DNA from: a virus
DNA length: 64,000 nt
Reading direction: 5' to 3' (one strand)
Virus record (IMG/VR): IMGVR_UViG_3300045988_135716
Location: 32,001 to 96,000 of that record
Below the pieces are notes generated by a model. The model was not told where the DNA came from and made no database searches. It saw only the letters and a list, made by a program, of their open reading frames with translations. The position numbers were made by a program, and so were the translations under genes. Positions 45,185-54,116 of the stretch are shown piece after piece (position 1 is the first letter of the stretch; each line of letters starts with the position of its first letter).

Positions 45185-45514
45185 GTGGCGGTTTTAAGAA
45201 CAGAAGATGGTAAAGAGTTGATTTTAACTTGTAGATGTGGATGTGATGATGGAATCCACTTTAAGATTGATAAGGATTTTGAAGATTATATGTATATGAC
45301 ATATACGAATGGTAATTTTTACCGTGATCAGGACAATGGATTCTTTAGAACATTAGGAAGAAAGTTACGAAAAGTTTTTGCAATCTTATTCAATCAAGAT
45401 TACTATTATGCAGAAGCAGTATTCTCTAAAGAAGATTTTGAAGAGTTTAGAGAATATATTAATAGTTTTGCAGTACATAAAGAAAACTCCACTGACGTTG
45501 TGGACAATCAGTAG
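45185..45514 (+). CDS. hypothetical protein
   Basis: AGGAGG 8 nt before GTG 45185. Confidence 0.5.
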   Translation: MAVLRTEDGKELILTCRCGCDDGIHFKIDKDFEDYMYMTYTNGNFYRDQDNGFFRTLGRKLRKVFAILFNQDYYYAEAVFSKEDFEEFREYINSFAVHKENSTDVVDNQ

Positions 45515-45642
45515 AGTTATTGGAATAGATCAAGACCAGTGATCTATGTAGAAAATCATATCATGTTTCTATGACTTGTTCAAGTCGATATTTCCAAGAT
45601 AATAATTAAAAATCAATATTAAATATATAGGAAGGATTATTT

Positions 45643-45817
45643 TATGAACTCAGCATTTAGACAAATTTTAGAAAACCAGATGACAATTATGGAAGAATTA
45701 GGAGATATTAAATTTTGTGTATTAGGATTATTAAAAGGACATATCCCTGATGAATATAACAAGGCATTACTTGAAAGAATTGGGAGTACTGAAAAATTAT
45801 TAAAACAGAGAATATAG
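45643..45817 (+). CDS. hypothetical protein, frame-disrupted near 45660
   Basis: AGGAAGGA+ATG frame stops after 22 codons; adjacent frame continues QILENQMTIMEELGDIKFCVLGLLKGHIPDEYNKALLERIG...; span 175 nt (3n+1). Confidence 0.4.
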
Positions 45818-45854
45818 TGATACATTGAATCTTGCTTTCAGGAGGTGCGATAAA

Positions 45855-46040
45855 GTGACAACAGTTGAATTTAGAAATGAATTAATAGACAGGTTGAATA
45901 ATAATGCAAGTCGTTATCACGGTGGAATTTGTAACGGAAAATATTTTCCAGAAGTAGAAACATTTGATGTTGATGAAGTTTATGAGATTATCGACAGAAT
46001 TTACTTCAATCAACCAGAAGATAATAACGAAAGTGAGTGA
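45855..46040 (+). CDS. hypothetical protein
   Basis: TGAATCTTGCTTTCA element, GGAGG, GTG 45855. Confidence 0.45.
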   Translation: MTTVEFRNELIDRLNNNASRYHGGICNGKYFPEVETFDVDEVYEIIDRIYFNQPEDNNESE

Positions 46041-46693
46041 TTATAATGTCATATTGGACTTACATAACAGGAACGATAACAGTATCTCCCATAGGGTGTA
46101 CACAAGCTCAGAAAAGGTACATTCTCGATACCGTCCTGGCACATCTACCGATAGTTTCTGGTTCAGAGAAAGATATGGATGTATATGTGATTCAGAAAAA
46201 TGGTCATAATAGTTCCTGTTCTTGTGATGAATTTGGTGAAAGAACTAATAATTTAACTGATTGGTATGGTGATAGAACAAGAAGTAGAGGAATGTTGTGT
46301 ACACAAGATGAATACATCTTAGTCGTAGACGCTGCATTAAGAGATAGAGAATTTGATCAGACATACAGAGAATTTATGAAATGGATTGTAAGATTAGGTA
46401 AAAGAGTCATGATTGATAATATTCTTGTAAAAATTAGTGGATATGATAAGTCTACAATCATCAAAGATTATTGTGTGAAAAATGAAAAATATTCATATCA
46501 GAATGTTTTCTTGAATCTATTTGAAGGTACAAGCTGGGTTAAAGAAGATGGAGAAGTTAATTGGTGTGAATATATGCTATATCCAAGAGCTAAAGATTCT
46601 GATTATCCCATGATGTTAGCTTATAAGTATTTCAATGATAAGGAAAATGATGAAGAAGTAGAGAGAAGAATGAAGTATGAGAGGGGTAAATGA
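46037..46693 (+). CDS. hypothetical protein
   Basis: 218-aa ORF, 4-nt overlap with previous gene. Confidence 0.5.
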   Translation: MIIMSYWTYITGTITVSPIGCTQAQKRYILDTVLAHLPIVSGSEKDMDVYVIQKNGHNSSCSCDEFGERTNNLTDWYGDRTRSRGMLCTQDEYILVVDAALRDREFDQTYREFMKWIVRLGKRVMIDNILVKISGYDKSTIIKDYCVKNEKYSYQNVFLNLFEGTSWVKEDGEVNWCEYMLYPRAKDSDYPMMLAYKYFNDKENDEEVERRMKYERGK

Positions 46694-47075
46694 AAAGTAT
46701 AAAGAGAAATATAAAACAGGAATGATATTCAGAAGTAAAAAATATCCATGGACTGATTTGGTAATTGATTTTGTTTCGTACATGAGAGGATCGGAAACAG
46801 CTTATACATTCAATATGAACTCAATTATAGACTGGGTAAGAATTAATGAAGAAGCATTCAATAAACATATCAGTGTAGCAAAAGGTATTAATTATAACAA
46901 AGTTAAAAATCATGAAGTGAGTACATTTCCATATCCATTTTTCGGTGAGATGCATCAGAAATCTATGGATAATTATATCAGAAAATATGAAATGGAATTT
47001 TGTGGTATGAGTGATAAAGAAGTTATTGTATTCAATGATGATGTTTTTGAGTATAGTTCTGGATTTAAAAAGTAA
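46677..47075 (+). CDS. hypothetical protein
   Basis: 132-aa ORF; start uncertain. Confidence 0.45.
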   Translation: MRGVNEKYKEKYKTGMIFRSKKYPWTDLVIDFVSYMRGSETAYTFNMNSIIDWVRINEEAFNKHISVAKGINYNKVKNHEVSTFPYPFFGEMHQKSMDNYIRKYEMEFCGMSDKEVIVFNDDVFEYSSGFKK

Positions 47076-47110
47076 CATCATGATAAAAATTAAAATATGG
47101 AGTACATAAA

Positions 47111-47271
47111 ATGAGCTACTGTGACGGAACCTGTAAGTATCTGAATACAAGAAAACACAAATGTGAATTGACAGGAGAAAACTCACATACATGAAATGGA
47201 GTTATGGAATCGAGTATTCAGTGCATGAACACAGAGGATTCTGTGAGAAAGATAAGGAGGACACAAAATGA
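47111..47271 (+). CDS. small Cys-rich protein, frame-disrupted at A4 run (~47177-47180)
   Basis: MSYCDGTCKYLNTRKHKCELTGE... stops; adjacent frame gives ...LTYMKWSYGIEYSVHEHRGFCEKDKEDTK; span 161 nt (3n+2); one extra A restores it. Confidence 0.45.
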
Positions 47272-47567
47272 AATTATTTAAAACAGTAGATGAGAAATTA
47301 GCAGAAATTGGATTTACAAAAGAAAAAGAAGACAAGTATGGGTGTGTATATAAAAGAAAAGATAAGAAATATAATTTTACACAAAAAGTTGTCATTGAAC
47401 ACAAAAAATCTGGTAGACATATTTTACAGTCATATGATCCAGATTTAGGAGATGATAAAGGAATTGGAAATACTTGTGTAGGACTTACAGGATACGAAAT
47501 GAAACTATTTCTTAAAAAGATGAAGCGGATGAAAATGTATTCTGGAAAGAAAGTAAGCATCGAATGA
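47268..47567 (+). CDS. hypothetical protein
   Basis: ORF with AAGGAGG SD. Confidence 0.5.
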   Translation: MKLFKTVDEKLAEIGFTKEKEDKYGCVYKRKDKKYNFTQKVVIEHKKSGRHILQSYDPDLGDDKGIGNTCVGLTGYEMKLFLKKMKRMKMYSGKKVSIE

Positions 47568-47600
47568 AATAATGAAATTGGCATTTCAAAGGAGCGGAAT

Positions 47601-47837
47601 ATGTTAATTAGAAGTCAGGATAAAGAAATTTTAATCAATTTTAATAACTCACCGGCAATCAAAATCATGGAAACTAAGGGAGATGCAATAATTATCTGTT
47701 CAGATACATATGAGACGTTTGTTATTGGGAATTATTCCACCAAAGCAAAATCCCTGAAAGTATTAGATATGATTCAGGAATCCTATATAAATGGACATAT
47801 TGATTATCAGATGCCAGAAGATAGTGAGGTGGTATAA
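47601..47837 (+). CDS. hypothetical protein
   Basis: TGAAATTGGCATTTCA element, AGGAG, ATG. Confidence 0.5.
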   Translation: MLIRSQDKEILINFNNSPAIKIMETKGDAIIICSDTYETFVIGNYSTKAKSLKVLDMIQESYINGHIDYQMPEDSEVV

Positions 47838-48278
47838 ATGAAAAATAGAGAAAAATTCGCTAAAGAAATTTTGGATATTGCTTGTAAAGGAAACCATTTT
47901 GGAGTAACAAAAGCAGGTGAAATTATTAGTTGTCATGAGACCGATTGTGAAAAATGTTTATTTAATGGTGATATTGATTGTGATATTAGTTTGGAGCAAT
48001 GGTCAGAATCAGAATATGTAGAGAAACATACAATTACATCAAAAGAAAAGGCATTTCTTGATACACTTGTACCTGACTGCAAATATATTGCAAGAGATGG
48101 TAATAATCGACTTTATATTTATGGTAAGAAACCAATACGTGAAGATAAAAGTGAATCTTGGGTATCTGATAATTCTAATTATTACTGTGCAACAAGAGAT
48201 ATGTTTGACTTTATTAAATGGGGAGACGTGGAACCTTGGAGAATTGAAGATTTAAAGAAATTAGAGGTGAGAGAATGA
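47838..48278 (+). CDS. hypothetical protein
   Basis: ORF abutting previous stop. Confidence 0.5.
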   Translation: MKNREKFAKEILDIACKGNHFGVTKAGEIISCHETDCEKCLFNGDIDCDISLEQWSESEYVEKHTITSKEKAFLDTLVPDCKYIARDGNNRLYIYGKKPIREDKSESWVSDNSNYYCATRDMFDFIKWGDVEPWRIEDLKKLEVRE

Positions 48279-48676
48279 GTGGAGAAATGATGCAGTTTCC
48301 AAATAATATGAAACAATTTTTAAACAAATATTCATTTTTAGACAGAGAAAGAATATATACAAATGGAAGTTTATTGATTCCTACATTCAGAGCAGAACAA
48401 GCTCTTGAGTATTATGTTCCAAAATGGAATTCGATTAATAATGGTTTACCATGTATGGAATTAGTACATAAATCATCATTTAACAATACCTATGAATCAA
48501 AAAATGTTCTCATTCAAACAAAACGAGATGAAATATATTCGGCTTATTGTGTAAAAAGAGTATATAAAGACATGAAATTTAAGGAAGATATAAATTGGTA
48601 CACGCATGGAACAATGAAAGTGATGAGTAAAGTTGTTGCATGGATGCCATTACCAGAATTATATACAGGTGAGTAA
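48275..48676 (+). CDS. hypothetical protein
   Basis: ATGA overlap with previous gene. Confidence 0.5.
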   Translation: MSGEMMQFPNNMKQFLNKYSFLDRERIYTNGSLLIPTFRAEQALEYYVPKWNSINNGLPCMELVHKSSFNNTYESKNVLIQTKRDEIYSAYCVKRVYKDMKFKEDINWYTHGTMKVMSKVVAWMPLPELYTGE

Positions 48677-48678
48677 TT

Positions 48679-48822
48679 ATGTGTGATGATTATGAAGAAG
48701 ATCCATACGACTACTGTTATGAATGTGGTGGTTATGGTGACAATTATTATCTGGACGAAGATGGAGAATTAATCTGTAGATGTCCTGAGTGTCTGATGAA
48801 TCCTAATTCGTGGGATGATTAA
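48679..48822 (+). CDS. small zinc-ribbon protein (47 aa)
   Basis: CYECGG...x...CRCPEC. Confidence 0.4.
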   Translation: MCDDYEEDPYDYCYECGGYGDNYYLDEDGELICRCPECLMNPNSWDD

Positions 48823-49000
48823 TACATATCAAGTAAATTTCTATGGGTGGTCACCCAATTATTTCCAAAAACAAAGAAATATTATTTTTATCGGATAGTC
48901 ATGAATGTCCGATTTACGCAGCATTACAAAGTTTATAGAAAGGAATTTAGGTAAATTCTAGGATAAAGTAGTTGTACAACTCCCTATAAAATAAGGGAAT

Positions 49001-49984
49001 TTGAGTCATTTAGTTGAAAATAATAATTCATCTGAGAATGGATTAAGAGTATTAAGTCTATTCGATGGTATATCTTGTGGCAGAATTGCATTGGATAGAG
49101 CTGGATTTAAGGTTAAAGATTATTACGCTTATGAGATTGAACAGAATGCAATCAAGATAAGCAGATATAATTATCCGTCCATTTATCAATGTGGTGATGT
49201 TTTTGATGAAGATTTTAGTAAATATGATGGTATTGATTTGTTAATTGGTGGCAGTCCCTGTACTGAATTTTCAGTAGCAAAGTGTTCTAAAACTGCAAAA
49301 CATAAAAGAGAAGTCGTGCCTGGTGGAGATGGTTGGAAATTGTTTATGCAATATGTAAGAGCGTTACATGAATCGAAACCAAAATATTTTCTATATGAGA
49401 ACAATTATGGCATTGCAGATTCTATACGTGATGCTATCACAAAAGAACTTGGTGTTGAACATGTGCTTTTAGACAGCCAATTAGTTTCAGCTCAAAGACG
49501 TAAGAGATTATATTGGACGAATATTCCAATAAAAGGAGAACCAGAAGATAGAGGAATTTTAGTAAAGGATGTGATTGTAAATGATTCTGAACTAATTAAG
49601 CAGTTTGATGATCGTATTAGAAACACATTAGTCAAATGTGAGAATTACATAAAATATGATTTAAGTGGCAAAGGACATTTTTCTCAGCAAGATAGGATGT
49701 ATTTTCTTAATAATAAAGCACCAACAGTTCCAAGATGTAGAACTGAAACTAAATTTAATGTTTGGTTAGGTGGAGAAACATATAAGAAAACTTGTCCTGT
49801 TGAGATAGAAAGACTTCAAACATTACCAGATGGATATACGGAGTTTGGGTTGAATGAAGATGGAAGCATTGTGAAAATGCCGAAAACAAGAAGATTTGAA
49901 GCTATTGGTAACGGTTGGACTGTTGACATTATAGCTTGGATATTTAGTTTTATGAAGGAGAAACAAGATGCAAATAACAGCTAA
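49001..49984 (+). CDS. DNA (cytosine-5)-methyltransferase
   Basis: LFDGISCG (I), GGSPCTEFS (IV), ENNYG (VI), QRRKRLYW (VIII), GNGWTV (X); TTG start. Confidence 0.85.
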   Translation: MSHLVENNNSSENGLRVLSLFDGISCGRIALDRAGFKVKDYYAYEIEQNAIKISRYNYPSIYQCGDVFDEDFSKYDGIDLLIGGSPCTEFSVAKCSKTAKHKREVVPGGDGWKLFMQYVRALHESKPKYFLYENNYGIADSIRDAITKELGVEHVLLDSQLVSAQRRKRLYWTNIPIKGEPEDRGILVKDVIVNDSELIKQFDDRIRNTLVKCENYIKYDLSGKGHFSQQDRMYFLNNKAPTVPRCRTETKFNVWLGGETYKKTCPVEIERLQTLPDGYTEFGLNEDGSIVKMPKTRRFEAIGNGWTVDIIAWIFSFMKEKQDANNS

Positions 49985-50834
49985 AAGCTATTTTAGTGGA
50001 GCAGGAGGAATGGATTTAGGAATAGAGGAATCTGGAATTAACATAATTGAATCGTATGAGATAGATAAAAAGTGTTGCGACACTTTGAGAAAGAATTTCA
50101 AACATCATGTAAATGAGTCAGATATTACACAGATTACAGTTCTCGATCAGAATGATGCGGATGTTTATATTGGTACATTTCCATGTACACGATATTCAAC
50201 CATTGCTGATATTTCAGGTATAAGAACAGGTGATGATTTATTTTTACATTTCTTTAGGCATATTGCTTTAGCACAACCAGAAATGTATGTAGTAGAAAAC
50301 GTTCCTGGAATGCTTAAATTCAAAGTAGTTATGGAAGCATTGACAAAATTACCTGATTATTACGTGAGAGTTGAATGTCCTATTAACGCAAATATGTGGT
50401 TGCCACAAGAAAGAAAACGATTGATTCTAATTGGAAGTAAGAAACCATTTACCAATTTTGATTATCCTGATTCTCAACCATTAAAACTGAAAGATATTAT
50501 CGAAAATGATGCTTCGATTGATATTCCACAATATGTATATAATCGCATTAATGGAAAATATAGAGATAAACCAATTGTTTCAGATCCAGATAATGATGAT
50601 CTTGCTCCAACATGTGTAGCGCATTACGCAAAAGATAAAGGAACAAGATTAATCAAAGATGGAAAGAGAATTAGACCATATACAGTAAGGGAATATGCTA
50701 GACTGCAAGGTTTTCCAGATTGGTTTGAGTTCTGTGGAACAGATAATGATGCTTATAGACAGATTGGTAATGCTGTTGCTGTTCCAATGGGACGTTGGAT
50801 TGGCAAACAGATTGTAAAATATTTTAATTCATAA
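49968..50834 (+). CDS. DNA (cytosine-5)-methyltransferase (second, overlapping by 17 nt)
   Basis: FSGAGGMDLG (I), GTFPCTRYS (IV), VVENVPG (VI), QERKRLILIG (VIII), RQIGNAVAVP (X). Confidence 0.85.
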   Translation: MQITAKSYFSGAGGMDLGIEESGINIIESYEIDKKCCDTLRKNFKHHVNESDITQITVLDQNDADVYIGTFPCTRYSTIADISGIRTGDDLFLHFFRHIALAQPEMYVVENVPGMLKFKVVMEALTKLPDYYVRVECPINANMWLPQERKRLILIGSKKPFTNFDYPDSQPLKLKDIIENDASIDIPQYVYNRINGKYRDKPIVSDPDNDDLAPTCVAHYAKDKGTRLIKDGKRIRPYTVREYARLQGFPDWFEFCGTDNDAYRQIGNAVAVPMGRWIGKQIVKYFNS

Positions 50835-50855
50835 TAAGAAAAGGAGAAAAACACT

Positions 50856-50981
50856 ATGGGAATTACAAGCAAACAGACAGGGAAATTTAGAGGAATGATG
50901 AGAAAAATTGAAAATGAACAGCTTAAAATTAAAGCTGATTCCGTGAAACGTAAGAAGAAAGAAGATAAGAAAAATGCCTGA
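50856..50981 (+). CDS. hypothetical basic 41-aa protein
   Basis: AAAGGAG SD. Confidence 0.35.
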   Translation: MGITSKQTGKFRGMMRKIENEQLKIKADSVKRKKKEDKKNA

Positions 50982-51168
50982 CATTACAATGTGTTGTAGT
51001 AGTGACTGCCCTAAACGTAGTCATTGCTACAGGGCGCAAGCCAAACCAGACAAATTACAGAGTTATTCAGACTTTTCTGCTGAGTGTTTTCAATACAATT
51101 TCTTGCGATATTGGAGCATGAGTAGGGAATCTGACGAGATGAAAGGGAATAGCGATGAACGACATTAG
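50974..51168 (+). CDS. small Cys-rich protein
   Basis: MCCSSDCPKRSHC... Confidence 0.4.
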   Translation: MPDITMCCSSDCPKRSHCYRAQAKPDKLQSYSDFSAECFQYNFLRYWSMSRESDEMKGNSDERH

Positions 51169-51316
51169 TCATTGTATAATGGGTGCGTTGATTATTCTAA
51201 ATATGATTGCGGCAAAACGGTACGCTAATCGAAATAAATTAGAATATGTCATTATTTTATGTACAACTTCGATAATTATAACAATATTGATGTGTTGTTT
51301 AGTAATGAATGGTTGA
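51155..51316 (+). CDS. small membrane protein (53 aa)
   Basis: Two hydrophobic segments; overlaps previous gene end. Confidence 0.4.
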   Translation: MNDISHCIMGALIILNMIAAKRYANRNKLEYVIILCTTSIIITILMCCLVMNG

Positions 51317-51322
51317 TTTCAA

Positions 51323-51505
51323 ATGAGATGGTTAATTAATTATATACGAAGTTGTTTTTGTAAACATGACTGGGAATTAATTTTTGATACTCAAGTACAT
51401 GGTGAAAAATTAGATGGAAGTCCTTATGAATATCCATTATATCGTGTAAAAACATATCGTTGTAAAAAATGTGGAATGGAGAAGAAATATAAAAGTGTTA
51501 AATAA
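51323..51505 (+). CDS. small zinc-ribbon protein
   Basis: CFCKH...x...CKKCG. Confidence 0.4.
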   Translation: MRWLINYIRSCFCKHDWELIFDTQVHGEKLDGSPYEYPLYRVKTYRCKKCGMEKKYKSVK

Positions 51506-51803
51506 ATTTCCAATAATGCATTTGATTGGTAGTACGAAAATAGAAAATGAACAACAATTCATAGATGCTGAGAAATATTATACTAAAAATGGTTATATAG
51601 TATTTAAACCTGTATTTTTCGGGTTAGATAAAAATGATAAGAGGTTATCTATGTATACCGATATGTGTACACAAAAATTAAATATGTGTGATGTAGTTTG
51701 TGTCGTCACTGAACACATTGGAGAATCTACGAGAAAAAGAATAGAACAAGCAATGGAATCTGGTAAAGAAATTATATATTTTAATTTGGAAAGGAATAAA
51801 TAA
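51471..51803 (+). CDS. hypothetical protein
   Basis: ORF; start uncertain. Confidence 0.4.
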   Translation: MEWRRNIKVLNKFPIMHLIGSTKIENEQQFIDAEKYYTKNGYIVFKPVFFGLDKNDKRLSMYTDMCTQKLNMCDVVCVVTEHIGESTRKRIEQAMESGKEIIYFNLERNK

Positions 51804-51892
51804 TATGATTAAAATTGTTTGTATTGTGAGCTTTGTTTTACTTACATGTGTTGCTATTGGTGCATCGTTTGAATAAAATAACGAGGTGAAGA

Positions 51893-52207
51893 ATGAAGAA
51901 TTATATTCCTTTAAGATCGTCAAAATTATCAAAATACAAACAATATATGTATGTTGATTGTAAGAATTATCTTGCTGATGATTTATTCATAAAAAATAAA
52001 ATCACGGTGAATTTTGAAGGTGATTTCACAAAGGATGACTCTGATTATATTTTTGTATATTGTAAAATAAAAAAGAAAAATCAGGATAAATTCATTAAGG
52101 CTCTTGAAGAATTGAAAAATAAGATGTTAATTATGGGACATTCTGATTATGAATCATTTTGTGAAGAACATATTAACAGAATTTTAAATGATGCAAACAA
52201 TATATAA
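51893..52207 (+). CDS. hypothetical protein
   Basis: ORF with GAGGTGA SD. Confidence 0.5.
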   Translation: MKNYIPLRSSKLSKYKQYMYVDCKNYLADDLFIKNKITVNFEGDFTKDDSDYIFVYCKIKKKNQDKFIKALEELKNKMLIMGHSDYESFCEEHINRILNDANNI

Positions 52208-52245
52208 GTTGAAAGAAATCTTTTATTGTATCAAAGGTTACAAAA

Positions 52246-52794
52246 ATGAAAAGACAAAAAGCAAATAAAAAGATCCAAAATATTGTTGGAAATATTTGTT
52301 GCAATTGCGGAAAAACAGATCATATAGAATATCATCATATAGTTCCGTTGTCATTGGGAGGAAATGATATTGAATCAAATATTGTTCCAATATGTCATGT
52401 TTGCCATATGGCAGCTCATCATGGTAGGAATATCAATCATTACTTTGGTTCATTCAATAAAGGTGGAAGACCTTCAATCGCTAATATTGAAGACGATTAT
52501 AATATTTTTGATATGTATATAAATGGTGAAATTGGAAATAGAATGGTAAAACAAATGCTTGGATATTCTGATTCAACACAAATCAAAGATAGATCTGTTT
52601 TTAAAAAATACATAAAATCTAAAGGTATAAGTAGTATAAAAAATATCATAGATGTAGCAGCAACAAATAGATCCGATGGATTAAAAAATGGAGATGTAGT
52701 TGGAGAAATTATATATGAAGATGGTAGGCATGAAGATATTATTTATAAAGATACAGGATATAATCTTGTAGAATACCATCATCGTTGTAGTTGA
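52246..52794 (+). CDS. HNH endonuclease with C-terminal extension
   Basis: CCNCG...IEYHHIVPLSLGGNDIESNIVPICHVCH..AH. Confidence 0.8.
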   Translation: MKRQKANKKIQNIVGNICCNCGKTDHIEYHHIVPLSLGGNDIESNIVPICHVCHMAAHHGRNINHYFGSFNKGGRPSIANIEDDYNIFDMYINGEIGNRMVKQMLGYSDSTQIKDRSVFKKYIKSKGISSIKNIIDVAATNRSDGLKNGDVVGEIIYEDGRHEDIIYKDTGYNLVEYHHRCS

Positions 52795-52821
52795 AAAATT
52801 TATTTCATTTTAGAAGGTGAT

Positions 52822-53256
52822 TTGATGATTAATATTCAAGATGTTTCATTATTAAAGATAACGAAAGTGAGAGATTGGTCTATTCTTTTTGACTATGATG
52901 GAAAACATTATTTATTGCATGGAACTGGCGAAAGTGGAGAACCTGATCGACAAGAATTGTACGAGAGAAATCTAAATCAAAATGGAAAATATGATTTAGA
53001 GTATAAAAATGTTTGCTATGGAACTGAATATGTATCAAGAGATTACATTAAAAGTAAGAGCAACAAAACTATTGTTTATAATCAAATTGATAAAGATTTT
53101 TTCGCTTATAAATTGACTAAACGAGGATTTGCGGAAGGTATTATGGAAGATAAAGTACAATATGAAAACGATAGAATAGATAAGATTCAGAAGAAAATTA
53201 GAATATTTGAATATAAAATTTCTGAACTGAGAAGAACAATACAAGATTATATTTAA
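52822..53256 (+). CDS. hypothetical protein
   Basis: ORF with AAGGTGA SD. Confidence 0.5.
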   Translation: MMINIQDVSLLKITKVRDWSILFDYDGKHYLLHGTGESGEPDRQELYERNLNQNGKYDLEYKNVCYGTEYVSRDYIKSKSNKTIVYNQIDKDFFAYKLTKRGFAEGIMEDKVQYENDRIDKIQKKIRIFEYKISELRRTIQDYI

Positions 53257-53281
53257 AATATTTCAAGGAGAGAAATAATAC

Positions 53282-53506
53282 ATGATTAAATATATTTGTG
53301 ACTTATGTGGCAAAGAATCAGGGTATTTAGACAAATATTATATTCCAATGATGTATTCAAATGGCAAATTCAAATCAGTACAATTACATTTATGTGATGA
53401 TTGCTGTAATAGAATTGATTTATTCATACGTGATATAGCATCTAAGAATATAGGGAAAAGACTGGATCAGATGATGAACACAAACGATAAGGATGATCTT
53501 TGGTAG
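53282..53506 (+). CDS. small zinc-ribbon protein
   Basis: CDLCG...x...CDDCC. Confidence 0.45.
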   Translation: MIKYICDLCGKESGYLDKYYIPMMYSNGKFKSVQLHLCDDCCNRIDLFIRDIASKNIGKRLDQMMNTNDKDDLW

Positions 53507-53520
53507 GAGAAATAAATAAT

Positions 53521-53733
53521 ATGTGGAAAGTAGATTATTACACTTTAGCGGTATGTGAAGATGGCTCTGTAGGAAATGTAAAACAATATAGTGACGTTTG
53601 GTACACAGAATATGGACCTCCAATTTTATTTGATAAATTACAAGAAATTACAGACAAAAGAAAAGGCAAAAATCAATATAAACCTGTAATTTTAAAAATT
53701 GAGTCTGTAGGAGGACATGGTGATATATGTTAG
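53521..53733 (+). CDS. hypothetical protein
   Basis: TAGGAG SD before ATG 53521. Confidence 0.45.
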   Translation: MWKVDYYTLAVCEDGSVGNVKQYSDVWYTEYGPPILFDKLQEITDKRKGKNQYKPVILKIESVGGHGDIC

Positions 53734-54098
53734 ATCATTATGAATGGGAAAGTCAGATATACTTATATCCACCAGATAAAATGAATGATTTGTATTATAA
53801 AGTTTGTTGCTATTGGAATGCAAAAACTGAAATGTATGATTCTATTTTAGCTGACAGTTATCTATATGACTCAGCATATATTTCAAATCCTAAACTTCGT
53901 GGCTATTCTGCCGAATATTCCCGTCAAATATTTTTGTTTTGTCAACACGTACTTATTTGTGAATACAATAAGCCGTTTGATGAAAACTTATGGAAGAATA
54001 TAAATAACAATAGATATACTGCTCGTCAGTGGATGAAAGAATATGAAAGATTAAAGTCTAATGGAGAATTAGATTTTATAGAAAGATATAAACAATAA
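53727..54098 (+). CDS. hypothetical protein
   Basis: 123-aa ORF overlapping previous by 7 nt. Confidence 0.5.
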   Translation: MLDHYEWESQIYLYPPDKMNDLYYKVCCYWNAKTEMYDSILADSYLYDSAYISNPKLRGYSAEYSRQIFLFCQHVLICEYNKPFDENLWKNINNNRYTARQWMKEYERLKSNGELDFIERYKQ

Positions 54099-54116
54099 TA
54101 AATAAAAGGAGATTGA

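Noticed and set aside
45070-45213. A possible 47-aa ORF (TTG 45070) overlapping the ends of the two neighbouring genes.
   Set aside because: The SD spacing is only 4 nt, and the ORF overlaps the well-supported GTG 45185 gene (AGGAGG at 8 nt). The evidence is insufficient.
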